Origin: Chara braunii
Lineage: Eukaryota; Plantae; Charophyceae
DNA: 64,000 nt
NCBI GenBank assembly: GCA_003427395.1
Contig: BFEA01000027.1
Location: 2,826,469-2,890,468 of the forward strand
Direction of reading: 5' to 3'
The notes beneath the pieces were generated by a model that saw only the letters and a program-made list of their open reading frames with translations, searched no databases and had not been told where the DNA came from. The translations under genes were made by a program, and so were the position numbers. Positions 1-11,013 of the stretch are shown in pieces (position 1 is the first letter of the stretch; each line of letters opens with the position of its first letter).

Positions 1-181
1 AAACCAAAAAGGAAGAAGAAAAAGAAAAAGAAATAACAAACTTAAAAAAACTTACCTGAACTGTCGAGCCAACGCCTTGGAGAAGAGCGGCTGTATATCC
101 CCTGTCTTAGGGGTAGATTCATTCGTTTTGGCTCATCCTATAGTCGGAAGTCGCGTTCGGCCAACTGCAGGTGAGCTGGCA

Positions 182-184
<3 letters not shown>

Positions 185-264
<80 letters not shown>
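185..264. repeat. (TC)n microsatellite
   Basis: Perfect TC dinucleotide run. Confidence 0.97.
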
Positions 265-266
<2 letters not shown>

Positions 267-490
267 GACAGTGTACCCCTCCACATTATGGGGGTAGATT
301 CATTCGATTTTTCTCCACCTATAGGTGGAGATAGTTTTTTTGCCAGTTGCAGCTTGGGAGTCTCGCCCGTTCGTTTTCAACAAACGGGCACATCAAACAA
401 ACGAGGAGAAAAAACGAAGAAATCTAAAATAAAGTTTAAGAGAAAAAAAAATCTAAAAAAATCTAAAAATAAATTAAGAATAGAAAAAAC

Positions 491-1345
491 CTGTGTTGCA
501 CGGCGTACGTGTACGCGGGTTGCGCGTACACGCGTACACGTATTCCTGTACGCGACACGTACGCGCGTACACGTACTCCCGTATGTGGGAATACGTAAAA
601 AAAAAAAAAAAAAAAACATCATCGAAAAAATCTGAAAAAAAACTATGTTATTATAAATGATATTTCAAACAACTTTTGCATGAGACTCATCGCCAAATTC
701 TTTACATAACTCGAGTGAAAAATCAAAGACACAAAACACAAATAAATTGAAATAAAAAATTGTAAAAAATAGGAAAAAAACTAGGCTACCAGCCGGGCCG
801 CCCGGGTCCCAGCTGGCCAGCCCGTGCAAGGACAAGGGAAGGTCCCAGCAAAAAAAAAAAAAAAAAAAACTCGAAAAAATCTGAAAAAACACGATGTAAT
901 GCAGAAAAACAAACTGAACAACTTTTGCCTCAGGGTCACATCAAAATTCTTTACCAAATTTAAAATAAAAAATAAACTTTTAAAATAATTTATTATTTTT
1001 ATTCTTTATGGCCCAGCCGGGCAAGTGACCCCGGGCCACTCTAGTAGCCTAGGAGAAAAATAGAAAAAATAAAAACAAACTTCTGTAACAAAAACATGTT
1101 ATGCAGAAACATGATACAAATAACTTTTGCCAACATAAGAAATATTTTAAAGATATTCTTCCCAATCTAACTCGAGTAAGAAATTAAAAACTAAAAAAAA
1201 AGTAATATTATCATAATAATTAAAAAAATTATTTTCAAGTTTTCTTTAAGGTTTTGTATTTTTAAATCAAGATTGGTTGGGAATTCGGGTATGACTCCCA
1301 GGCAAAGTTGTTTGTATCATTTTTCTGCAGAACATACTTTGTTTT

Positions 1346-1379
<34 letters not shown>

Positions 1380-1466
1380 GTATGTGTACGCGCGATTTCA
1401 GGTTCGTATGCGTACGCTGGAATACGTACACGTACGCACTGCGTACGCGTACACCGTGCAACACAG
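491..1466. mobile_element. Non-autonomous hAT-like DNA transposon (MITE)
   Basis: Terminal inverted repeats CTGTGTTGCACGGYGTACGYGTACGC at both ends. Perfect 8-bp TSD GAAAAAAC at 483-490 and 1467-1474. CGTAC-rich subterminal repeats and no transposase ORF. Confidence 0.85.
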
Positions 1467-1718
1467 GAAAAAACAAATAAAGAAATTGTTTGACGCCGTT
1501 GAAAACAGCGCCTGCTTTTCAGAGACTATAAGTCCCTGTTTTCTTCTTAATGCGCCATCTGGCGCTGTTCGTTTTTTTTCTTACTTATTATTCTTTTTTT
1601 TAATAAAAGAATGTCATTGGCATAATCCAATGGCCACAGTAGTCTGTACCAACCCTTGCTGGCACCTTCCCCCTTCCTTTCGATATGGGAGCTGAGTTCA
1701 ATTCCCGTCGGGGAATCG

Positions 1719-1780
1719 AAAAAATTTGAGTCATTTCTCGATTTATGCGTGTCATACTTGTGCAGGGGCCATACTGTATC
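1719..1780 (-). pseudogene. U6: U6 snRNA 3'-half fragment
   Basis: Reverse complement reads ATGGCCCCTGCACAAGTATGACACGCATAAATCGAGAAATGACTCAAATTTTTT, matching the plant U6 ISL and 3' end. Confidence 0.85.
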
Positions 1781-2727
1781 CGCGTTGTCGTAGCAAACAC
1801 CCCTACAAGGGTATTTCCTGTCCTTTTTAAAGGTCGCACTGAGTGCATCCTTGATTTGAAATGCGCTGATGAAGTAAATCCCGTCAGGGCGCTTATCTCG
1901 GCAGCCTCGCTCTTGGCAAGACTCCGAGTCAAATACGACCGAATTTGAGAGTATGTGGGGCATGCATTATTGTGTTGCACTGCGAAGTGACCGTTAGTCC
2001 TCGGCGGTATCAGGGCGGCCGAAGACATCAAAGTCATAGGATCCGGTTACCCCCTTTGTAGTTTTCAAATTGGTTATATTTTTATTTTATTTTATAAAAA
2101 TTAACTTCACTCCACGAGCCGGCTCAACCTTTCACGGGTACGTCACAAAGAAGATGAAGACGCTGCCTTGAGCACACGCAGAAAAAATGTGTTTGGCGAT
2201 GCATGGAAGGGCGCGGCGTTGGCAAACCTGGTATGGGGGGGAAGTCGAAAGCTTGACAGAACATGTCGAACGCTCGACGACCAGCCTTCCAGGTAGCCAC
2301 GATCCTAGGCGCGAGTGGTGTCTCGGCGTCTTCTGACGGCCAAAAGGTTGGCCGGTAGGCCAGATCGGAGACCTAGTTTGTGCAGGCGGGACCAATTACG
2401 GTCCCGTGAACTATTTATATGCGAGTTCGCGCCTACCTAGTTCAGACGTGGGCTTCGCCCTAACGGTTACGATATGGGACTTTCAAGCGGTAAGTTTGGG
2501 GTTCGAGGACAGCAAGCGACGATCAAGCAAAGGAGCGCGATCGGCAGAGACTGAGGGGTTGAGGGTCTTAAGTGACTAACCCCCTTCGTTTTGTCGGACG
2601 GGCCCAAAGCTGGGTTCGACTGGCAAGACCAAGAGGGCGTCGACAGATCCTCGTCCTCTTCAATTCTATTATTTTTAATTTTATTTTGTTGATTTATTTT
2701 TATTTTTATTTTTATTTTCCCCCGTTT

Positions 2728-3264
2728 TTCCGTCCATTGACCAGGTCGGAAACTGGCTCCGGGACCGACGGCGAGGAAGTATCGCGAGGAGGGATGAAAA
2801 TAACTTATAAAAAATAAAGTCGAAAGGGTGTTTAAAATTATCGAGCGAGGAGTGGATGGAAGAAGTCGTGTACCCCCACCTCCACGGGTGCGGACGGCGA
2901 TTGCGTCACCACCCTCCTTGATGGGTGTGGAGTGCATGCCGACGGGGGCTGCAGTGGCCGACATTGTGGTTGCGAACAATTGAACCCCCCCCACACGGAT
3001 AACAGTCACGGCAGTCGAGAGCCCTGAGCACCCGCCTCTTTTTGCGGGCCCGTGCGGGTTCCTGCATGTTCGGGATGCTGATGAGATTCCTCTATCCTCC
3101 CCGTCTTCAAAGCGCAGACCAACGGGGACAACGTGCAGGTGTGCCTAAGGGTGCAAATCCCTCGAAGCAGCGGGATCCTGAGTGGCGGGGATCTCCTGTA
3201 AGTGCACCATCCACCAACCATGAATCGTTGTGAGGAGTGCGAGTGTGAACAGGCCTGTGGGACC
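2728..3264 (+). pseudogene. Diverged 25S/28S rRNA-derived segment inside the LTR (region flanking and including D2, into domain II)
   Basis: Collinear matches to plant 25S: TTCCGTCCA; GCGAGGAAGTATCGCGAGGAGGGATGAAAA...TTAAAATTATCG...GGATGG (25S GCGAACAAGTACCGCGAGGGAAAGATGAAAA...TTGAAATTGTCG...GGATGG); CCCGTCTTCAAAG..GACCAA (25S CCCGTCTTGAAACACGGACCAA); GTGCACC...CGAGTGTGAACAGGCCTGTGGGACC (25S CGAGTGTGAGCATGCCTGTCGGGACC). Confidence 0.8.
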
Positions 3265-3720
3265 TGCATCCGTGGGCCAAGTACAACCGGTACCCCCGCA
3301 GGCTGTTGAAAAACAGGCCTGTGGGACCAGCACCCGTAGGTCAAGTTCAGTCGGTAACCCCGCAGGCTGTTGAAAAACAGGTCTGTGGGACCAGCACCTG
3401 TAGGTCAAGTTTAACTGGTACACCTGCAGGCTGTTGAAAAACAGGTCTGTGGGACCAGCACCCGTAGGTGAAGTTCGGTTGGTACAGCAGCAGGCTGTTG
3501 AAAAGCAGGCCTGTGGGACCAGCACCCGTAGGTCAAGTTCAGTTGCTACACCTGCAGGCTGTTGAAAAACAGGCCTGTGGGACCAGCACCCGTGGGCATA
3601 GCTCAGCTGGTACACCCACGAACAGTTGAAAAGAGGTATGTGGGAGCACAGCCACTGGGCCTAGCGCAGGTTGGTACCTCCGCGGACTGTTGGAAAACAA
3701 TCCTGTGGGATGAGCACCTA
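3249..3720 (+). repeat. 64-bp tandem repeat in the LTR (~7 units)
   Basis: Unit CAGGCCTGTGGGACCAGCACCCGTAGGTCAAGTTCAG...GCAGGCTGTTGAAAAA at 3314, 3378 and 3442. Also present at ~29415-29820. Confidence 0.93.
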
Positions 3721-3974
3721 AGCAAACCCAGTTAGCATACCTAGGAACTGTTGAAAATACAGACCTGTGTTCGAATCCAGATGACGGGGTGAGATGGGTA
3801 AAGCTTGTAAGACTAACCATTTCTGAATTACCCGGGGCTGGTCAACTAAGTGAAAAATAAAAGTAAAAAAAAAGTGTTGGACAGTGTCAGGGAGAGACAC
3901 AGCCAGAATGACACTATGGCAAAGGCACGCCAGGATCCGACATAGAGATCGTTATTGAACCTCAACACAAGGGT

Positions 3975-5022
3975 TGGAGACGAGGTCTTTCAGACTGATC
4001 CGGTCGCCTTGCTCGTATTGCCTAAGACATTGAACTGGGGCTGGAAATGAGGTCCTCCAGACTGATCCGGTCGCCTTGCTGTTTTGCCTAAGACATTGAA
4101 CNNNNNNNNNNNNNNNNNNNNNNNNNNNNNNNNNNNNNNNNNNNNNNNNNNNNNNNNNNNNNNNNNNNNNNNNNNNNNNNNNNNNNNNNNNNNNNNNNNN
4201 NNNNNNNNNNNNNNNNNNNNNNNNNNNNNNNNNNNNNNNNNNNNNNNNNNNNNNNNNNNNNNNNNNNNNNNNNNNNNNNNNNNNNNNNNNNNNNNNNNNN
4301 NNNNNNNNNNNNNNNNNNNNNNNNNNNNNNNNNNNNNNNNNNNNNNNNNNNNNNNNNNNNNNNNNNNNNNNNNNNNNNNNNNNNNNNNNNNNNNNNNNNN
4401 NNNNNNNNNNNNNNNNNNNNNNNNNNNNNNNNNNNNNNNNNNNNNNNNNNNNNNNNNNNNNAGGTTCTTCAGACTGGTCCGGTCGCCTTACTGTTTTGCC
4501 TAAGACATTGAACTAGGGCTGGAAATGAGGTCCTCCAGACTGATCCGGTCGCCTTGTTGTTTTGCCAAAGACATTGAACTGGGGCTGAAATTGAGGTCCT
4601 CCAGACTGATCCGGTCGCCTTGCTCGTATTGCCTAAGACATTGAACTGGGGCTGGAAATGAGGTCCTCCTGACAGATCCGGTCACCTTGCTGTTTTGCCT
4701 AAGACATTGAACTGGGGCTGGAAATGAGGTCCTCCAGACTGATCCGGTCACCTTGCTGTTTTGCCTAAGACATTGAACTGGGGCTGGAAATGAGGTCCTC
4801 CAGACTGATCCGGTCGCCTTGCTCGCATTGCCTAAGACATTGAACTGGGGCTGGAGACGAGGTCTTTAAGACTGATCCGTTCGCCTTGCTCGTATTGCGT
4901 AAGACATTGAACTGGGGCTGGAGACGAGGTCTTTCAGACTGATCCCGTCGCCTTGCTCGTATTGCCTAAGACATTGAACTGGGGTTTGAAATGAGGTTCT
5001 CAGACTTATCCGGTCGCCTTGC
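3975..5022 (+). repeat. 66-67-bp tandem repeat in the LTR (spans a gap)
   Basis: Unit AGACTGATCCGGTCGCCTTGCTSKTWTTGCCTAAGACATTGAACTGGGGCTGGAAATGAGGTCCTCC. Also present at ~30080-31120. Confidence 0.93.
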
Positions 5023-7411
5023 TAAGTCAATCGATTTTTGCTTGCTGAAAAAGGGTTGACTTTTCTCCTTGTGAGAATAGTCCAGGCTAGTGTATTGGTG
5101 ATTGCATGGGGTTTGACTGAGAACAACCTGGAAAGTAAAAATTAACTAAATAAGATACAGGACTCATGTTTTTGTGATAAGGACAAACGAAAGATGAAAA
5201 GTTTGGGTAAACAAATCCTTGTTTTGAATTAGTTGAATGTGTTATTGACTTGACATACCTGTTGGCAATGCCTTGTCTTTTGCTCAATGCTATGCTTGTC
5301 TTCTGCGTTATAGGGTAGTCTGTTAGTGTTCGCCTTATGCTTGAGCGATAGGCAGGTAGATGTTCACTTTTATGTTCGCATTTGTCTTTTTTCATGTATG
5401 TTTGTTTTGATAGGACTTCGNCTAGCCTTTGAATTAGTATAAATTCTGGGAGCCTCCTTTCCNAGGGGAAATGCTGCCNAAATTTCTGTTGAATCATCAA
5501 AGTTAGCCAAGGTTTTGNGATGTCAGCTAGGATATGGTATAGTTTAGTCTTTGGGGACAGTTGAAATTTTGGAAGTCTTCCTTTCTAAAGGAAGTGCTGC
5601 TGAAATTTCTACTGAAACCAAAAAGTTAGTTTAATTTCAGATGATTTTCATAGTCACGAGTTTTTCTTTTTAGATTTGGTATAGTAAATATTCTTCGAGC
5701 ACACTTCCCTAAAAGAAGTGCTGCAGAAATTTTCAGGATTTTTATATCGTTACCGGACGCTGCTGCTAAGTAAGCTTAGAGTGTGTTACGGAGTTGAACT
5801 CCGTTAACTCGACAGGCGATGCCTGCCTTGATTATTGTGGCGCAGGTCATTGCTACCTGCGAGAGTTTCTTCGAAGTCTTGAGCTTCATCAACTTCTGCT
5901 ATCACCTGATAGCACGTCGGTTTGCGACTCAACTCCTACCCACTGTGATACCCACGCCCAGATGTCTGTGACCCTGTAGGCGAAAGGCATTTCCGTATGA
6001 AATAAAACCTATCCTTGGAACCTCTCTTGAATGGCCATGCAAAAGCTGTGTGAATCGGGATAGGCGGATATGCCTTTGTTGAATGGGGTCGGAAACGGGC
6101 GTGTGGGACATGAGCCTGGGAGCAAAGGAGTTGACCACGTGTGGCATTTTGGATGTGAGTCTTCATTGGGTTTCATGTGTGTGCATGTATGTATGGGAGC
6201 GAGTACTCGCTCCTGGATTTGAGAGTGATATGAATGAATGAGTGCAGGGTGTGAGTGACAAGGTTCAACTATGGCTATGAGAATGACTCTCGTTGATTTC
6301 CCTCGCCATTTTCTTTCTCTTATTTTACTCCTGCCGTGTGCATCTAGCAAACAAGCAGGAGTAGCCGAGCGCAAGGTTTAGCGCTCGACCTTAGATCGGA
6401 CCGAGACTTAGCTTGGGTACGGCGAATTGCTCGCCAACCCGTGAGTACTCGTATTTTCCTTGCGCATGGGAAGGACGAGCGTACCCCGTCTCAAAAGGGG
6501 TCTTGCTTTTAAGATTATTAAATGGACGTTGGTCCTGACCCTGGAATTCGAGGTCTTTGTCCAAGACGTCCCAGACTCCGATCCAGCACAAAAAGGTTTC
6601 CCCCTTGAGGCGGACCTGCGCCCCTTGCTTATCCTCACCCACTGCCTAAAAAACACGGGTGACGCAAGGGCCGAACGACTTATCCTTCAGATGTGCAATA
6701 TCGTGAAGGAGAAACCCTTCACGATATTTCGCTTTCGACACTTGAGTGTCGTACGCAACCCCGAAACCCATGGGAGGTTGAACGGATGTGGGTAACACAT
6801 GAAGCGTCGCCGTGATAGTAGATTAAGTGAGAACACATGACTGAACGTTATGGTTCCCATGGCAGTGACATTCTTTTCATGTAACTATGCGCATACCTCG
6901 CTCAGACACATTGGCAGTTCTGAGTTATGGGTCAGGACGTATGAAAAAGGGACTAGGCTAATTTGCTTGTATGGGTTACGTTGCTTTATCGTGTATCGCG
7001 TGGTTGATTTAGGATGTCCTAGTCGACCGACGCTGAATCGCACGTGGGAGATCAGCGCCCCAGCGTGATGGTTCGTGTACAGGTCCGAGCTAGGCGTGGA
7101 CCGTGCGTACCCCCTATGCTACAGCATACGAGAAACACCCTCGACTGGGCCACCTCCGTGATTGCAAGTAAAAGTTTTCGTGTGTGGTTCAGTAGCTCGG
7201 CGAGGATACGCCCACCCAAGGGATGGTGACAGCTTCCGCAGGTGGAGGTAAGTTGTACCTCGCGAGACCCTTTCCTGTCGTAGGGACAACTGGCGCATTC
7301 GGCCGGAGCGGCTCTGCCGCTTCCCTTTCCATGAAGCGACTTGCGAATACTGCCAATCCTGCGTGACGAGGCCGGGAAGGTTCCCCCAACGGGGACCGTG
7401 CGCACGACAGG

Positions 7412-7431
7412 TGGCGCCGTTGTCGGGGATC
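7412..7431 (+). promoter_or_regulatory. Primer binding site, tRNA-Asp
   Basis: TGGCGCCGTTGTCGGGGATC, 2 nt after the LTR end. Complementary to the plant tRNA-Asp 3' end with one G-U-type mismatch. Confidence 0.88.
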
Positions 7432-7851
7432 TCGGCTGCCTACCGAGGTCCATAGTGAACGGACTTGGGTTTAGTGCAGAACGATGATCCAGGCAAAACG
7501 ACACTTTTGTTTTTTTTGTGATTAGGGAAATGATATAGTATGTTTTTGACTTTGATATTTCCGTCATGACTTAAGGAAATGTCCTTAAGAATCTTATCAG
7601 GCCCAAAGAGGGGCCTCACTGTCATGGTTAGGAACGCTAAGTATTAAGAGTTGGTGTGGAGTGGACGAATTCGTAGTATGATTATATGAAGGTGTGGATG
7701 CTTGTGTATGAGTGTCGAACGTTTGAATTTAGTAGTAGGACACAACCTCTTAAGGTTGAGGTTGGACTAGCTATAAAGGTTTGTTAAAGTAATTAGGTTG
7801 ACCATGTATAAGTGTTGTATATTGACAGGGAACTGATTGTCGAAGAACGAT

Positions 7852-10800
7852 ATGGCGGGCGATGAACTCAATCAGGCCGATGGCGCGGGCCAGCGGTCGG
7901 TTACGTTCGGTCAACTGGTTGCTCTACTGGATGGGCGCGCGGTGACGCGATCCAACATCCCTAAGGTTCCAATCTTCCACTTCAAAGGAGATAAGGTGTT
8001 AGAGTGGCTTGAGTTGCTCGAGCAAATTACTGACGAGATGACGGAAGAAGAAAAATTTCGTCAAATCTCTAAGTACGTCTGGTGGGAGATGCGGCCGGAA
8101 GTTATGCGAGTAGCAACTGAGGCCGCATGAAATTGGGAGAACTTTGAGGCAGAAATGCAGAGGCGGTATCAGTTGTGAGATAACCTCCTTACGATGAAGG
8201 ACTTGGAAAGGCTACAGAGGTCTGATTTCACGACAGTGGGTGCCTTCGCGACGACTTTCGAGAAGATGGCGAAGAAGGTTTCAGGGTTGGCCGAGGAGTC
8301 CCAATGTGCCATCTTCCTAAGCAACTTCACGGAATGCGAGAGTGTTTCCCTAACCAGAAGAGGGGCCATAGGGAGGAAGTTGACTTGGGAGACGGTGAAG
8401 CAAAGCTTGGCAGATGGGGAGTTGGACCAGGTATACTAGTTTCAGATAAAACAACAACGGCATAAGCGAAAGGCCCGAGTTGTTACTGAAGGAGCAGGTA
8501 TCAACCTTCAACAACTTATTGCGGATGGAATAGCCAAGTACCAAGCCGACCAACAGAAGGCGGCAGGGAAACAGGTTTTGATAGTGACTCAGCCTCAGGC
8601 AAAAGCTGCGAAAAAGGTGGTGGAGCAGGTGGAAGATGATGATGACGATGAGGAAAAAGAACCAGTGAAGCTGACAAAAAGTCAGAGAAAGACGAGGAAC
8701 CAGGCCTTAGGTGGTCAAGGTTCGGGGAAGAATACAGAAGTACAAGTCGTCGCGCCAGCCCAAGTAAATGCCAATCAGGCAAGCACGAGTGCGTCACCAC
8801 CACAGGGACCAGCGCCGGTTGGACCTTGGCCAGGGACCATTCCTCCTGTTTGGTCGGGGTATAGTCCATATGGCCCATGGCTGTTTTACAACCAAGCCGG
8901 GCCGCCTGTGGGAGGGCCGACTATGCATGCTGCAGGAGTATACCCCGATGCGCCGGCTCAAGGAGTGAATCAGCAAGGGGGGGGCCAACAGCAGCAGCAA
9001 GCACCCCCGCCCCAAGTCAACCAACCCGGTCAAGCAGCGGGTCAAGGACAAGGTCAGAACCAGGGAGGTAACGGGCAGAGCAATCAGGGCCGAGGCAATG
9101 GAGGCCGCGGATAGGGTAACAGTAATGGTGGACAAGGCGGTCAAGGGGGCGGACGTGGAGTCAATTGGAATGGGCAAGGCGGAAATGATAGGCCAAGGTT
9201 CGATTGGAGAAATGTCATTCGCCATCATTGCGCACTAAAAGGGCATAGCTTCAGGTTTTGCCAAATTCGGAAAGTAGATGAGGGAAATGGCCTTATCTCG
9301 ACGAACATGGACGGAGATGTCTATGATATGCATGGGAAATATATTGACCCTAACATTGCAGGTGGTATGCGCAAGGAGGCGCTTCGTCGAGCCGAACTAG
9401 GTCCGCCACCACTGACCATGTTCCGACTCTGGCAAGAGGAAAATGTCAGGTCAACGATAAAAGTGGAGGAACTGGCCAATAATGAGTCCGAAGAGGACAT
9501 CAGGAGGGAAGAGTCAGTCGTGATAGAAGAGGAGGAGGAAGAAGAATCGTATTGCCAAGGAAGGACCATAGATACCATGGAGCGAATGGAAGACCTCGTG
9601 GAGAAGATGCAGAGGTTGAATTTGAAAATGAGGTCCATTTGCGACGAGGTGGCGAAACCAATGGTTTACTTACTAGGCTCAGAAATAGGGCCATCGAGTG
9701 TCAAACTGGCTCGTCAGACCTTGGGATCAACCCCGGGATCAGGCATTACATTCCGACCTCCTCGAGGGCAACCCACATTCCCGCAAGCAGTATGCACGAG
9801 AAGTAAGAAAGGAAATCCCAGTAGCAGTCAGGAACCTCCAAGCGAAAGTCAACCTCGTGAGAAGGAGTCAGTTATCAATGTGGGGGATAAAGGCAAAGAG
9901 GATGAGGAAGATGAGCGGCTAAGGAAGGAAGAGGAAGAACAAGCTGCTCAACGTGCAAAGAAGAGGAAGCCGGAAGATAGGTCAGAAAGAGCAGCAAAAG
10001 GAGAAGGCTCGCGAAAACAAAAATATGGAGTACCATTGGAAGATGGCCTGGATTTTGAAGCCTTGGTTGATAGGCTTCTGGAAGGGCATAATGACCTGCT
10101 TAACTTAAAGGATATCCTCGCCTCTGCGCCTAAGCTTAGGGAAGGATTCAAAACACGACTCTCTTGTCGAAGGGTGGTGAGCGTGCGACTAGGAGATCTC
10201 ATCCCTGCCGAGGCTCATTGGGCGGTTTCTGGGACGGAAATGGATTGGAAATCGGTCGGGACTGGGAGTGTGAACCTGAGTATAAAGGGTAAGCCGTGTA
10301 GCGGAATGCTAGATACAGGAGCGGAGATGAATATCATCAAGGAATCTGACGCACTCCGCTTGGGGATGGACATCGATCGAATGGACTCAGGATTCCTCTA
10401 TGACGCAAGTGGGAGAACTCCTTTTACTGGGACGGCATCGAATGTGGTGATTGAAATCGGGAAAGTGAAGGTGCGGTCCTGCTTCTTCGTTATGCCCGAT
10501 TTGGACCATCCTCTCCTGCTGGGAAGGTCATTCCTTTGCCGCACTGAATCAATGATACTTAACAAGTATGACGACACAATGTATGTCAACCTAAGTGATC
10601 CAGTTTGCGGCAACTACGAGATTATCACCTGTCACAATACAGGACCTCGTAGCTTGAGGAATAGGCCGAACCCAGGTTCCTATACCTTTGAGGAATCTGA
10701 AGGGGAGAGGAGGAGATAAATGGGTGAAGACGAAGAGGAATGTGAGCCTACTGACGAGATGTGCTTAAGCCTAACCAATATCAACGATGCTATGGAGATA

Positions 10801-11013
10801 GTGTCGTCATATGGGATGGCGGATCCCATTGCTGTAGAGCCTTTGAGAGAAAGAATAGTGGAAGATTCCGGCGAGGGAGAAGTGGAGCTCGTATATCGAT
10901 TACCGGCAAGGACAAGTGAGTCGGGGGTACCTCAGAGTCGTGCTGCAAGCCAGCCTTTGATACGATTAGGGGTGGGCTTAAGCAGGGTTCCAAAAGAAGG
11001 TACAAACGCGTGA
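7852..11013 (+). pseudogene. gag: gag-protease (single frame, several in-frame stops)
   Basis: ORF fragments from 7837 to 11013 share one frame. Capsid-like N-terminus, Q/G-rich linker, decayed CCHC knuckle (~9220-9262, RHHCALKGHSFRFC) and aspartic protease motif LDTGA (~10310). Confidence 0.9.

Larger units (their letters stand above)
1786..7409 (+). repeat. 5' LTR (~5.6 kb, includes an assembly gap)
   Basis: Starts TGTCGTAGC, ends CACGACA just before the PBS. Highly similar to 20333-21457 plus 29063-33524. Confidence 0.93.

Noticed and set aside
1865-1900. CTGATGA hammerhead ribozyme core (also ~3078)
   Set aside because: No properly placed GAAA or stems II/III could be found.
2732-2746. 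Antisense U1-like TCCATTGACC..CAGGT
   Set aside because: Only about 10 nt, and better explained by the 25S TTCCGTCCA match.
2728-3264. Functional rDNA unit
   Set aside because: Too diverged and fragmentary, and embedded in LTRs; recorded as rRNA-derived rather than as an rRNA gene.
3975-5022. CRISPR-like appearance of the LTR repeat arrays (also 25656-26215)
   Set aside because: The units are head-to-tail without unique spacers, or irregularly spaced; the context is a eukaryotic LTR with no cas genes.
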